32,000 nt of DNA from Candidatus Saccharimonadota bacterium (GTDB lineage Archaea; Micrarchaeota; Micrarchaeia; Micrarchaeales; Micrarchaeaceae). The stretch lies in contig AP024486.1 in the NCBI GenBank assembly GCA_021654395.1, positions 210,001 to 242,000 of the forward strand, read 5' to 3'. The position numbers were made by a program, and so were the translations under genes. Of the stretch, positions 1 through 10,558 are shown in pieces. The notes below the pieces were generated by a model, which worked only from the letters and a program-made list of their open reading frames with translations, was not told the origin of the DNA and did no database searches. Numbering within the stretch: position 1 is the first letter of the stretch; the number at the start of each line of letters is the position of its first letter.

Positions 1-1
1 G

Positions 2-514
2 GCCAGAGTTATTTTAGATAAAGGCGGAAAAGGGGCAGCTCTAATAAGAGGCTTTAAAGAGGCTAAAGGAGATATAGTAGTGTCGATGGATGCTGATCTA
101 TCGCATAGGCCAAAAGAGCTTGTACTTCTGATAGAGAGTATAAAGATAGGCTATGATGCTGCGATGGGGTCTAGATTTATAATAGGTGGTGGTAGCTCAG
201 ATATGCCATGGTACAGAAGATTTGGGAATAAGGTATTTGTAATACTTGTAAATCTTTTATATAGAACGCATTATACAGATCTATGCTATGGCTACAGAAG
301 CTTCTCTAAGGAAGCATTAAATAGGCTTAAGCTTAGAGAGGAAGGATTCGGTATAGAGACAGAGATAAATATAAAGTGTGCTAAGCAAAGACTTAATATA
401 ATAGAGATACCGAGCTATGAGAAGAAGAGAAGCAGCGGAGAGGCAAAGCTTAGAACTTTCAGAGACGGCTTTAGAATATTAAAGGCGATAATTAAGTATA
501 AATTTATGGATTAG
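2..514 (+). CDS. Family-2 glycosyltransferase (dolichyl-phosphate sugar synthase-like), 5' end cut by window edge
   Basis: The frame is open from nt 2 (ARVILDKGGKGAALIRGFKEAKGDIVVSMDADLSHRP...), so the GTG at 80 is not the true start. It has the DAD (DxD) motif and GT2-type downstream helices. Its 3' end overlaps the convergent GT-C gene by 11 nt. Confidence 0.8.
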   Translation, partial: ARVILDKGGKGAALIRGFKEAKGDIVVSMDADLSHRPKELVLLIESIKIGYDAAMGSRFIIGGGSSDMPWYRRFGNKVFVILVNLLYRTHYTDLCYGYRSFSKEALNRLKLREEGFGIETEINIKCAKQRLNIIEIPSYEKKRSSGEAKLRTFRDGFRILKAIIKYKFMD

Positions 515-2282
515 ATAGGTTAAAGCTCCCTTCTATTAGAGAGAAGTTATAAGTAGAGTTATACGCTATTACTTTAGTATTAGTTAAAGCTTCCTTATAG
601 TTGCAGTCAGAGTTATATGGTGGTGGTATATTACACCAGTAATCATAAGAGAAGACAGCGCAGCTATATCTTGATGATACATTCTGTATGAAGCTCTTGT
701 TATAAATATAGTATGACTGTGCTGCTGTTAGATTATAAAGCTGAAATATGTATGGATCGTAGTCAAATACTATACAGCTTTTGCTTATATTCTTCGCATT
801 CTGCTGTATAAAGATCTCATAGTATCTCGCTGGCGCTGCCTGCTGTATATGAGAAGGAGGTATACTTATAAATGGATAGTTTGTGTATATGCTATATACT
901 GTAAGAATTAGACTTATAATTATACCAATAGCTCTCTTCCTTTTTGGAGCTATCCTATAAGTAAAGTATGCTGCTCCTATAATTATAATAATCTCAAATG
1001 GTAGCATAAATCTTACATCTACCCCATATAATACAGAGCCTGCATAGAACGCAGAGTAGAAAATAACTCCAGAGATAAATATAAGTAGCATCGATAATCC
1101 ATTTAATCTATCTCTCTTTTGAATTATCATTAAGGCTATGCCTAATAGAGCAACAAGAGTAATAATAAATGTCTGCGGTACATCTAAGTAGCTAAGAGAT
1201 GGATGAGTCAGATTCAATGAAGGATTATTAAGAGAGCCGTTTAATAGAGTAGTTGTGTTTAGATATGTATATGCATTAAACCAGAATAGCAGATTACCAC
1301 ATATATTCGCCTTAAGATTAGATATACTAAATGTACTATTAGATATAACCTCTGATGCGTATGGCATGCTTCTACTGGCACACGTATTTGGTATATAAAC
1401 AACAGAGCTACTAGATACACCATAATTTCCGTATAGCAGCTCGTATCTATCATAACTTATAATTACTGCTATAGAGAATATAACAGCTAAAAGTAGGATA
1501 AGATTGATAGTATTCATACTTGCTACTATCTTTGCAGTCCTTCTTATAGATCCTCTATATACTAAGATCAGTAGTAATATATCAAATAAAGCAAATAAGA
1601 GTGCATCAACTTTTATATATAAGAGAAATGCTAATGCAGATATAAATAGCATAAACGACTTTGTATCCTTTTTAGATATATAGAGATATGTGCCTATAAG
1701 AGAGATTATAAAGAAGACAAGCAGAGGCATATCATTTGTTGTGGAAAAGGCCCATTGATATATTATAGGAATAGATGCATATAGTATCTCTGCTGAGAAA
1801 GCTATGTATCTATCCTTAAAGATTATAGAAGCTAGAATAAATGTTAAGAACATCCCTAAAACAGTTGTAAAGAACATTGCTGCATAGGCAGAGCTAAAGC
1901 TAGAACCAAAGATTATAAAGAACAAGGCGATTATAAATGAGGCTCCAGGAGGCTCATGAAATAGCTGCCCAGAGTAACATCTAACTCCACTCCCGTAATT
2001 ACACATCCAAAACTGAAACTGATGTATGAACTGTTGAGCCATTCCCATATATATAAGATCGTCATAGAAAAGCTGCTGTGTAGGTTTTACTGATGCTGCT
2101 ATAAATAAGGCAAATATCACTGTTATAAGCAATGCTATAAGTAGTTGCTCCTTGCTTAATCTAGATTCTTTGAGTATATTTGCTATAATTCTCCTATTTA
2201 TATATAAGCTATATAGCATTACAAGAAAGCTTATAACTAATCCTGCTGATATAAGATACATAAATAGACCAAGGCCGATCAT
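504..2282 (-). CDS. Polytopic GT-C-fold glycosyltransferase (PMT/ArnT-like) with sequon-rich C-terminal domain
   Basis: 592 aa with many TM helices. First-loop motif FYDDLIYMGMAQQF followed by HEPPG, as in the dolichyl-phosphate-mannose/ArnT family. The C-terminal third is non-hydrophobic and carries many NxS/T sequons. A 4-nt overlap with the upstream carbamoyltransferase suggests an operon. Confidence 0.6.
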   Translation of the reverse strand: MIGLGLFMYLISAGLVISFLVMLYSLYINRRIIANILKESRLSKEQLLIALLITVIFALFIAASVKPTQQLFYDDLIYMGMAQQFIHQFQFWMCNYGSGVRCYSGQLFHEPPGASFIIALFFIIFGSSFSSAYAAMFFTTVLGMFLTFILASIIFKDRYIAFSAEILYASIPIIYQWAFSTTNDMPLLVFFIISLIGTYLYISKKDTKSFMLFISALAFLLYIKVDALLFALFDILLLILVYRGSIRRTAKIVASMNTINLILLLAVIFSIAVIISYDRYELLYGNYGVSSSSVVYIPNTCASRSMPYASEVISNSTFSISNLKANICGNLLFWFNAYTYLNTTTLLNGSLNNPSLNLTHPSLSYLDVPQTFIITLVALLGIALMIIQKRDRLNGLSMLLIFISGVIFYSAFYAGSVLYGVDVRFMLPFEIIIIIGAAYFTYRIAPKRKRAIGIIISLILTVYSIYTNYPFISIPPSHIQQAAPARYYEIFIQQNAKNISKSCIVFDYDPYIFQLYNLTAAQSYYIYNKSFIQNVSSRYSCAVFSYDYWCNIPPPYNSDCNYKEALTNTKVIAYNSTYNFSLIEGSFNLSNP

Positions 2283-3979
2283 TTAACCGCCTCTATAAAG
2301 AAGCCATCTATAAATAGATACTTGCTTCTTGTTTTAAGTAAAGTGTCTATAGCCTCTTCTGGCCTGTTTACTATTGGATAGCCATGTAGATTAAAGCTTG
2401 TATTTAGTATAACTCCATAACCGCTTAACTTTTTGAATCTAGAGATTAGCTCATAGTATACTGGATTAACAGACTTAACTACCTCTTGGGGCCTAGCAGT
2501 ATTATCAACATGTACAACAGACTTTAGCATATCTATATTCTCTTCATTTGCTCTATACGCCATAGTCATGTATAAGGGCTTGCCTTTATCATCATAGATC
2601 AGTAGCTTATCTATATCCTCTGTTAGTATAGATGGAGCGAATGGCTGGAACCATTCTCTCTTCTTAACATAAAGGTTTAGATTATCTTTGACAGTATCAT
2701 CATCGCTTCTTGCAAGTATGCTTCTATCTCCTAGAGCTCTAGGACCGTACTCCATTCTTCCATTATACCATAAGACATACATATTCTCTGATAGAAGCTC
2801 TGCTGCATGATGTGCTGCTTCATCTCCTTCATACTCATAAGATATCTTGTTATTGCTCTTTAGGATATCCTCTATATAGTTATAATCATAGCTGTCTCCC
2901 AGATAAGGACTCATCTTATAGTAGGTCTTGCCTAGCTTCTGATAAGCTACATATAGAGCTGCGCCTAATGCTATTCCACCATCACCCATATGCGGAAATA
3001 CATACCAGCTCTCTACATCATCTAGCTCTCTTAGCTTCATATTTGCCTTAACATTAGAGAATACTCCTCCAGCCATTGCTATATCTGATATACCAGTCTC
3101 ATCTATATAGTACTTTACTAATCTTACTATACTTGCCTCTAACAGCTGCTGTGCCATATAGGCGAGCTGCTCTCTAGGAGTCTGCCATGCTATAGAGTCT
3201 ATATGCAGATACTGCTTTGCCGGATGTAATCTGGCTTTTATATCTCCATGATCCAGCTTTATAAGATCGCGGAGCTTATTCTCTTCTAGCTTAAAAGGAT
3301 AAGAGTAGTCTGCCATTGCCATTACTTTTCCTTCATCCTCAAGCTCTCTCATCCCAAGTATAGAGGTAACCTGTTCATAAAGTATTCCTAAAGAGTCCCT
3401 TGATGGGAAGCTTTTGATTCTGGTAAGCTCAGAGTCTCTAAATACAGAGATGCTGCCTGATAGTCCGTCTCCGAGGCCATCTAGAGTTATAACCAGCTGC
3501 TCTCTCTTATTGTTAGTAAATACTGCTCCAGCAGCATGCGCTATATGATGCTCAACCGGTATTATCTCTGCCTTATCTATACCTATCTTTTTTAGATATT
3601 TAGCTATTATTGACTTATTTATCTGATCTAAGATGGCATTCCTTCCATATAGAGTAATAGTATACTTTATCATCCTTCTTAATCGCTCAAGATGAGGCTT
3701 AGGTATCTTTCTTCTTCTAAAAAGATAGTAGCTCTCCTTTAAGCTTGGGATAAGTCTTTCTATGGTCTTAGATAGATCAGTAGTTGAGAATGCCACATAA
3801 TCTATATCACTAGGCTTTATTCCAGCATGCCTTATTGCAGCCTTTATAGAGTTATAAGGAAATCCCACCTCTAACTTTCTATTTGTATATCTCTCCTCGT
3901 TAGATGCAAAGATTATCTTGCTGCCATCTATTAAGGCTGCACCTGCGTCGTGTCCATCCCATATGCCTAATATGTACAA
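2279..3979 (-). CDS. NodU/CmcH-family carbamoyltransferase
   Basis: 566 aa. N-terminus MYILGIWDGHDAGAALIDGSKIIFASNEERYTNRK and metal-site-like VEHHIAHAAGAVF are both typical of NodU/CmcH/TobZ-type carbamoyltransferases. Confidence 0.85.
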   Translation of the reverse strand: MYILGIWDGHDAGAALIDGSKIIFASNEERYTNRKLEVGFPYNSIKAAIRHAGIKPSDIDYVAFSTTDLSKTIERLIPSLKESYYLFRRRKIPKPHLERLRRMIKYTITLYGRNAILDQINKSIIAKYLKKIGIDKAEIIPVEHHIAHAAGAVFTNNKREQLVITLDGLGDGLSGSISVFRDSELTRIKSFPSRDSLGILYEQVTSILGMRELEDEGKVMAMADYSYPFKLEENKLRDLIKLDHGDIKARLHPAKQYLHIDSIAWQTPREQLAYMAQQLLEASIVRLVKYYIDETGISDIAMAGGVFSNVKANMKLRELDDVESWYVFPHMGDGGIALGAALYVAYQKLGKTYYKMSPYLGDSYDYNYIEDILKSNNKISYEYEGDEAAHHAAELLSENMYVLWYNGRMEYGPRALGDRSILARSDDDTVKDNLNLYVKKREWFQPFAPSILTEDIDKLLIYDDKGKPLYMTMAYRANEENIDMLKSVVHVDNTARPQEVVKSVNPVYYELISRFKKLSGYGVILNTSFNLHGYPIVNRPEEAIDTLLKTRSKYLFIDGFFIEAVK

Positions 3980-3988
3980 GCTTACACC

Positions 3989-4297
3989 TCATAAATTATC
4001 TATAAGATGCTTCGCCTTAAGCTTCTCAATATCAGCTACAGAGTATCTATGGATTATCTCCCCTTTCTTATCTGGCTCAACACTATTTATCTTTATTAGA
4101 ACATAATCTCGCTCCTTTATCCAGAACTTTCTCTTATACTTTCCAGGAATAAGACATAGTCTATCTTTACCATCATTACAATGAACAGAGAATAAAGCAG
4201 CTCCTAAAGCCTTTGTTACTAAGCCTATTACCTCTCCTTGCTGCGGATATCTTGTCTCTTTTACTATCTCATCTTCATCCTTCTTCATATCTACCAC
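3989..4297 (-). CDS. eif1A: Translation initiation factor aIF-1A
   Basis: 102 aa S1/OB-fold pattern: QGEVIGLVTKALGAALFSVHCNDGKDRLCLIPGKYKRKFWIKERDYVLI. Confidence 0.9.
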   Translation of the reverse strand: MVDMKKDEDEIVKETRYPQQGEVIGLVTKALGAALFSVHCNDGKDRLCLIPGKYKRKFWIKERDYVLIKINSVEPDKKGEIIHRYSVADIEKLKAKHLIDNL

Positions 4298-4704
4298 ATA
4301 ACTATGTATCTAGCGCCGCATGCCTCGCATACTAGATAGCTCTTTCCTCTGCCTGCAGACTCAAGATGCGTATCTGCCTTCTTGCACTCTCTGCATATAA
4401 CAAATATATTGAAGTATCTCTCTATCTTCTTATTTATATCTTCCTCTGGAACTCTCGAATTTATATATAGCATATTATTTGATATGTTTGCTGGTACTCC
4501 AAGCTCCTTACTTATAAACTTAGCTATATGCGCAGGATCTCTTCTAGCCTTATCTGCTATCTCCATTATATTCTTTACTATTGTCTTATTTCCTTCTTGC
4601 AAGATAACTGCCTTTGGTATTACAAAGTCTGACTTCTGCTCTGATAGACTCTTTATGTTGCTAAATATCCTATCAAGCAGCATATTATACTCTTCCTCGT
4701 TCAT
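4291..4704 (-). CDS. eif2B: Translation initiation factor aIF-2 beta subunit
   Basis: 137 aa. N-terminal YNMLLDRIFS helix region and C-terminal zinc ribbon CRECKKADTHL...YLVCEACGA. Overlaps aIF-1A by 7 nt. Confidence 0.9.
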   Translation of the reverse strand: MNEEEYNMLLDRIFSNIKSLSEQKSDFVIPKAVILQEGNKTIVKNIMEIADKARRDPAHIAKFISKELGVPANISNNMLYINSRVPEEDINKKIERYFNIFVICRECKKADTHLESAGRGKSYLVCEACGARYIVMW

Positions 4705-4775
4705 AGTAGAATATTAATAAGAATCTATTTATAGAACTATACTTATTTAAGATAGAAGCTTAATAAAGCTTTATA

Positions 4776-4882
4776 CGCTGGGAGTGGGAGTCGAACCCAC
4801 CAAGGCCCTTTTGGGGCCAAACAGCTTAGCAGGCTGCCGCCATTTAGCGAGATTTTGAATCTTGCCGCTAGGCGATCCCAGC
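4776..4882 (-). tRNA. tRNA-Ser(GCU), class II, with a ~21-nt intron in the D-loop (about 4843-4863)
   Basis: Minus strand reads GCTGGGA-TC-GCC...GGC-G-GCAGC-CTGCTAA-GCTGT-TTGGCCCCAAAAGGGCCTTG-GTGGGTTCGACTCCCAC-TCCCAGC-G. This gives a 7-bp acceptor stem, anticodon GCT, a long variable arm (GGCCC/GGGCC), T-loop TTCGACT and G73. The D-loop is 29 nt instead of about 9-11. No encoded CCA. Confidence 0.85.
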
Positions 4883-4933
4883 GTATAAATTAAGTTAGAA
4901 TGCTTTAAATTTAAAATTCTTTATATTGCTAAT

Positions 4934-5899
4934 CTACTTTTTAATATTCAGCTGCTCAGTAGCCTTTCTTAGATCTCCCTCTAGGATCTCCTTATACTCA
5001 TTACTCCTTAATGCTGCAGCAGGATGTACTGTTATCATGAACTTATATCCATTCTTCTCTATTAATCTGCCGTGATTAGCCGTAACAGCACCTTCATCTA
5101 TTAAAGAGGATGCGTACTCGCCCATTAAGACTACTATCTTTGGCTTTATTATATCTATAATCTTCCATAGTAAAGGCTTAGATCTCTCTATCTGATCTTT
5201 GCTTGGCTTCTCTCCATTTATATATATGGGAAATATACTGGTTATGAAGATACTTTCTCTATCTAATGATAGATCTTTAAGTATCTTATCTAGAAGCTTA
5301 CCACTTCTTCCTACAAACGGCCTTAGCTGCTTATTCTCTTCCTCTCCTGGAGACTCTCCTATTAGCATGAGATCTGCATTTAGGCTGCCTTCACCAGCTA
5401 CGAAGTTGCCTTTCAGATTAAGCTCATCCTTCAGCTTTAAGTACTGCTGGTCGATCTTTAACTTCTCTATAAACTTTAGAATATAGCTATTAGCAGAGCT
5501 TAGCAGGCCTATCTCATCCTTAAATATCTTATCTATAGCTTCATCGTAGCTTAGCCATACATATCCTTTATGCTCATAGGAGATAGTTATCTTTGCGTTA
5601 GGATCCCCTAGAAAGCCTAAGAATATAGTTACATACTTCTTTACTAGATCGTTAGATCCGCTATACTTATCTCTAAAGATATAGTTGTAGACGTATCTAA
5701 ATCCAGCAACTCTCTTTACTTCTATACCTGCCTCTTCTTTAAGCTCTCTATTAGCAGCGTCTAGCTCATTCTCGCCTTTTTCTATATGGCCTTTCGGATA
5801 GTCTAACGTATCGTCTTCTCTTATTAAGAATAAATACTCTGGCTTATCATCTATTATTCTAAATACAATGTAGCCTGCGCTTCTCTCAACTCTTAACAT
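4934..5899 (-). CDS. Fusion protein: N-terminal NUDIX hydrolase + C-terminal family-4-type uracil-DNA glycosylase
   Basis: Nudix box GHIEKGENELDAANRELKEEAGI near residues 37-59. UDG family-4 motif A LMLIGESPGEEENKQLRPFVGRSGKLL and motif B VHPAAALR in the C-terminal half. The 321-aa product contains no cysteine. Confidence 0.75.
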   Translation of the reverse strand: MLRVERSAGYIVFRIIDDKPEYLFLIREDDTLDYPKGHIEKGENELDAANRELKEEAGIEVKRVAGFRYVYNYIFRDKYSGSNDLVKKYVTIFLGFLGDPNAKITISYEHKGYVWLSYDEAIDKIFKDEIGLLSSANSYILKFIEKLKIDQQYLKLKDELNLKGNFVAGEGSLNADLMLIGESPGEEENKQLRPFVGRSGKLLDKILKDLSLDRESIFITSIFPIYINGEKPSKDQIERSKPLLWKIIDIIKPKIVVLMGEYASSLIDEGAVTANHGRLIEKNGYKFMITVHPAAALRSNEYKEILEGDLRKATEQLNIKK

Positions 5900-5901
5900 A
5901 A

Positions 5902-7401
5902 TTAACCACTTGCCTGATAATACGCTGAGCAGCTTATCGTGCTATTATAAGGCCTTAATCTAATAAGATTGTATATATAAGAGCTTATAATCTCATATGT
6001 GTTATCTATATGGCATGTGCTTAATGTATTATTTTTGAGTATAACATATCTTACATACACAGGGCTGCTGTCTATTATGTACACATCTCCAAACGTATAA
6101 AATATATAAGATCCATTTTTAGTATCTATTAAGCCACTCTCTACAGAGATACCATTCTTCAGAATATATGTATGTGATATTATCGATCTATTAGGAAATA
6201 TTCTAGCATCTACTATCGAAGACTTATTAGATGCAAAAGCTAGCATTATATCTGAGATATTGCTATCTGCTATGCTTCTATAAGCTAGTAGAGCAGCTGT
6301 AGAGTTATTGCTTACTAGATATGCAGACTTACTTATATTCTTATTTAAGAATAGACCTATATGAGATATAAAGAAACGAATCTGAGATTGATTGCTATAC
6401 TCTATAGAGTTGTTATATATTGCATTATATCCGTTATTGAACTGAAAGCTAAGAGGATAGGTGATAGCTAATGTAGAGAACGCCAATATAGCTACTAGTA
6501 ATGATCTCGTTGAATTGAATCTTATATTATTAATTGATAATGCTTTAACCTTCAATTTAAACTTACTTATTAGTATAACAGCAAGAGCCATATCTATATA
6601 AAAGATCAAAGGGCCTGCTATCTCATGAAATACTGCTATATAATTATTATACTGACCTATGCTCCAGTAGTATGCTATAATAGCAATCCTTACTATATTT
6701 GCTATTATCGGTATTATAAGAAACACAGCAAGCCATACTAGCTTATCCTTTCTACTGCCTTCTAAGTAATAAGCTAATGGTAAAAGAAATAGTAGTATAC
6801 CTATGAAGATCTCTAATGGTATGCATGTCTGCGCTATATAAAGAAATGATGGTGTAAGATCTGGGCTATATAACGCGTCTTTAACTAAAGAGATATTGCT
6901 TGATATATGAAGCACTATACTATATGTAATATATGCATTTACTTTATAGAATGAGCTATTTAGTGGCTTTATTATATAAGAGAGCGTCGGAGATGTTAGT
7001 ATTATATATAAGAATGCATACTTAAATGTATTAAGATTCCTCAAGCCAAAGGCAGCTATTACAACAGCCATCTCAGATATAAATATAAGAATAGTGTCTA
7101 TCCTATATATAAGAAATAGTATTGAGAGACTGCCTTGTGCTATTGTATATAATATATAGAAGATTATAATAAGAGATATTGATACTATCGTATCATTCTT
7201 TAAGTTGGGCTTAAGATCTAGCTTACTCTTTGCTAATATGAATAGTATAAAGAGAGGAAACATTAGTAAAGAGACTGAATAATAGCTATCTATTAGCGTG
7301 TCTGAGATCTCTAACTGAGATAGATAAAGCTCAGCTGCTAATGATAGATATAGCATTAAGATTATATACAAAACATATAGCTTTGATCCTCTCTTTTGCA
7401 T
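5902..7401 (-). CDS. Archaeosortase/exosortase-family membrane protein with ~200-aa C-terminal extracytoplasmic domain
   Basis: The N-terminal ~290 aa are polytopic. The ordered signature is AQTCIPLE (Cys), then ANIVRIAII (NxxR) about 45 aa later, then FHEIAGPLIF (H...G) about 25 aa later. That order matches the Cys/Arg/His layout of exosortase/archaeosortases. The C-terminal domain has at least 10 NxS/T sequons. Confidence 0.55.
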   Translation of the reverse strand: MQKRGSKLYVLYIILMLYLSLAAELYLSQLEISDTLIDSYYSVSLLMFPLFILFILAKSKLDLKPNLKNDTIVSISLIIIFYILYTIAQGSLSILFLIYRIDTILIFISEMAVVIAAFGLRNLNTFKYAFLYIILTSPTLSYIIKPLNSSFYKVNAYITYSIVLHISSNISLVKDALYSPDLTPSFLYIAQTCIPLEIFIGILLFLLPLAYYLEGSRKDKLVWLAVFLIIPIIANIVRIAIIAYYWSIGQYNNYIAVFHEIAGPLIFYIDMALAVILISKFKLKVKALSINNIRFNSTRSLLVAILAFSTLAITYPLSFQFNNGYNAIYNNSIEYSNQSQIRFFISHIGLFLNKNISKSAYLVSNNSTAALLAYRSIADSNISDIMLAFASNKSSIVDARIFPNRSIISHTYILKNGISVESGLIDTKNGSYIFYTFGDVYIIDSSPVYVRYVILKNNTLSTCHIDNTYEIISSYIYNLIRLRPYNSTISCSAYYQASG

Positions 7402-7402
7402 A

Positions 7403-7463
7403 GACCTCGGTCGAGATGGGCTTCATCATCTTATTTCAGCAGGTACTCCGCTCCTCATTGGTA
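7403..7463 (-). ncRNA. Candidate box C/D sRNA (2'-O-methylation guide)
   Basis: Minus strand: ACC-AAUGAGGA(C)-gcggaguaccug(12 nt)-CUGA(D')-aauaag-AUGAUGA(C')-agcccaucucga(12 nt)-CCGA(D)-GGU. It has the canonical archaeal 12-nt guide spacing, a perfect internal D'/C' pair and a 3-bp terminal stem ACC/GGU. This is a GC-richer patch in an AT-rich intergenic region. Confidence 0.45.
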
Positions 7464-7470
7464 ATTATAT

Positions 7471-7480
7471 TTTATAAAGA
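7471..7480 (+). promoter_or_regulatory. TATA box for SRP RNA, within a bidirectional AT-rich promoter region (7464-7500)
   Basis: tttataaaga lies about 25-30 nt upstream of the first paired nucleotide of the SRP RNA at 7501. The same AT-rich stretch lies upstream of the minus-strand C/D candidate. Confidence 0.45.
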
Positions 7481-7500
7481 ATAAATATTAAATAATAATT

Positions 7501-7762
7501 GTGCAGCAAGGCAGGGGGCTAAGGGTCCCCGCTCCGCAGATCCCTTTAAGGCGGGCCTCATGCCAGATAGTCATACCTACTGCTAAAGCAGTATGTCTAA
7601 GTGGCTATGAAGCTGCTGCGCTGATAGATAGCAGTACTAGTGAACCGGGTCAGGCCGGAAGGAGCAGCCCTAAGCTATTGCTGCTATGCTTTCAGCATAC
7701 AGCAGTTAGCATTACTTAGGCATGCTGCGTTGGTAGTGGTATGGCGAATCTGGCTGCTGCAC
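7501..7762 (+). ncRNA. ffs: Signal recognition particle RNA (7S/SRP RNA)
   Basis: GC-rich island in an AT-rich genome. It contains the helix-8 signature GGGTCAGGCCGGAAGGAGCAGCC (7647-7669). The 5' GTGCAGCA pairs with the 3' TGCTGCAC to close the molecule, and a T5 run follows. Confidence 0.85.
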
Positions 7763-7763
7763 A

Positions 7764-7768
7764 TTTTT
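7764..7768 (+). terminator. Oligo-T terminator of SRP RNA, overlapping the TATA element of the OFOR operon
   Basis: TTTTT lies immediately after the closing helix. The string TTTTTAAATTATAA sits 23-31 nt upstream of the OFOR alpha ATG at 7795. Confidence 0.5.
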
Positions 7769-7794
7769 AAATTATAATTATCTAAAACTCTATT

Positions 7795-10558
<2,764 letters not shown>

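Noticed and set aside
7501-7719. 72-aa ORF in the six-frame track (MQQGRGLRVPAPQ...)
   Set aside because: It coincides exactly with the SRP RNA. It is GC-rich only because of RNA secondary structure, has an atypical amino-acid composition, and has no separate promoter.
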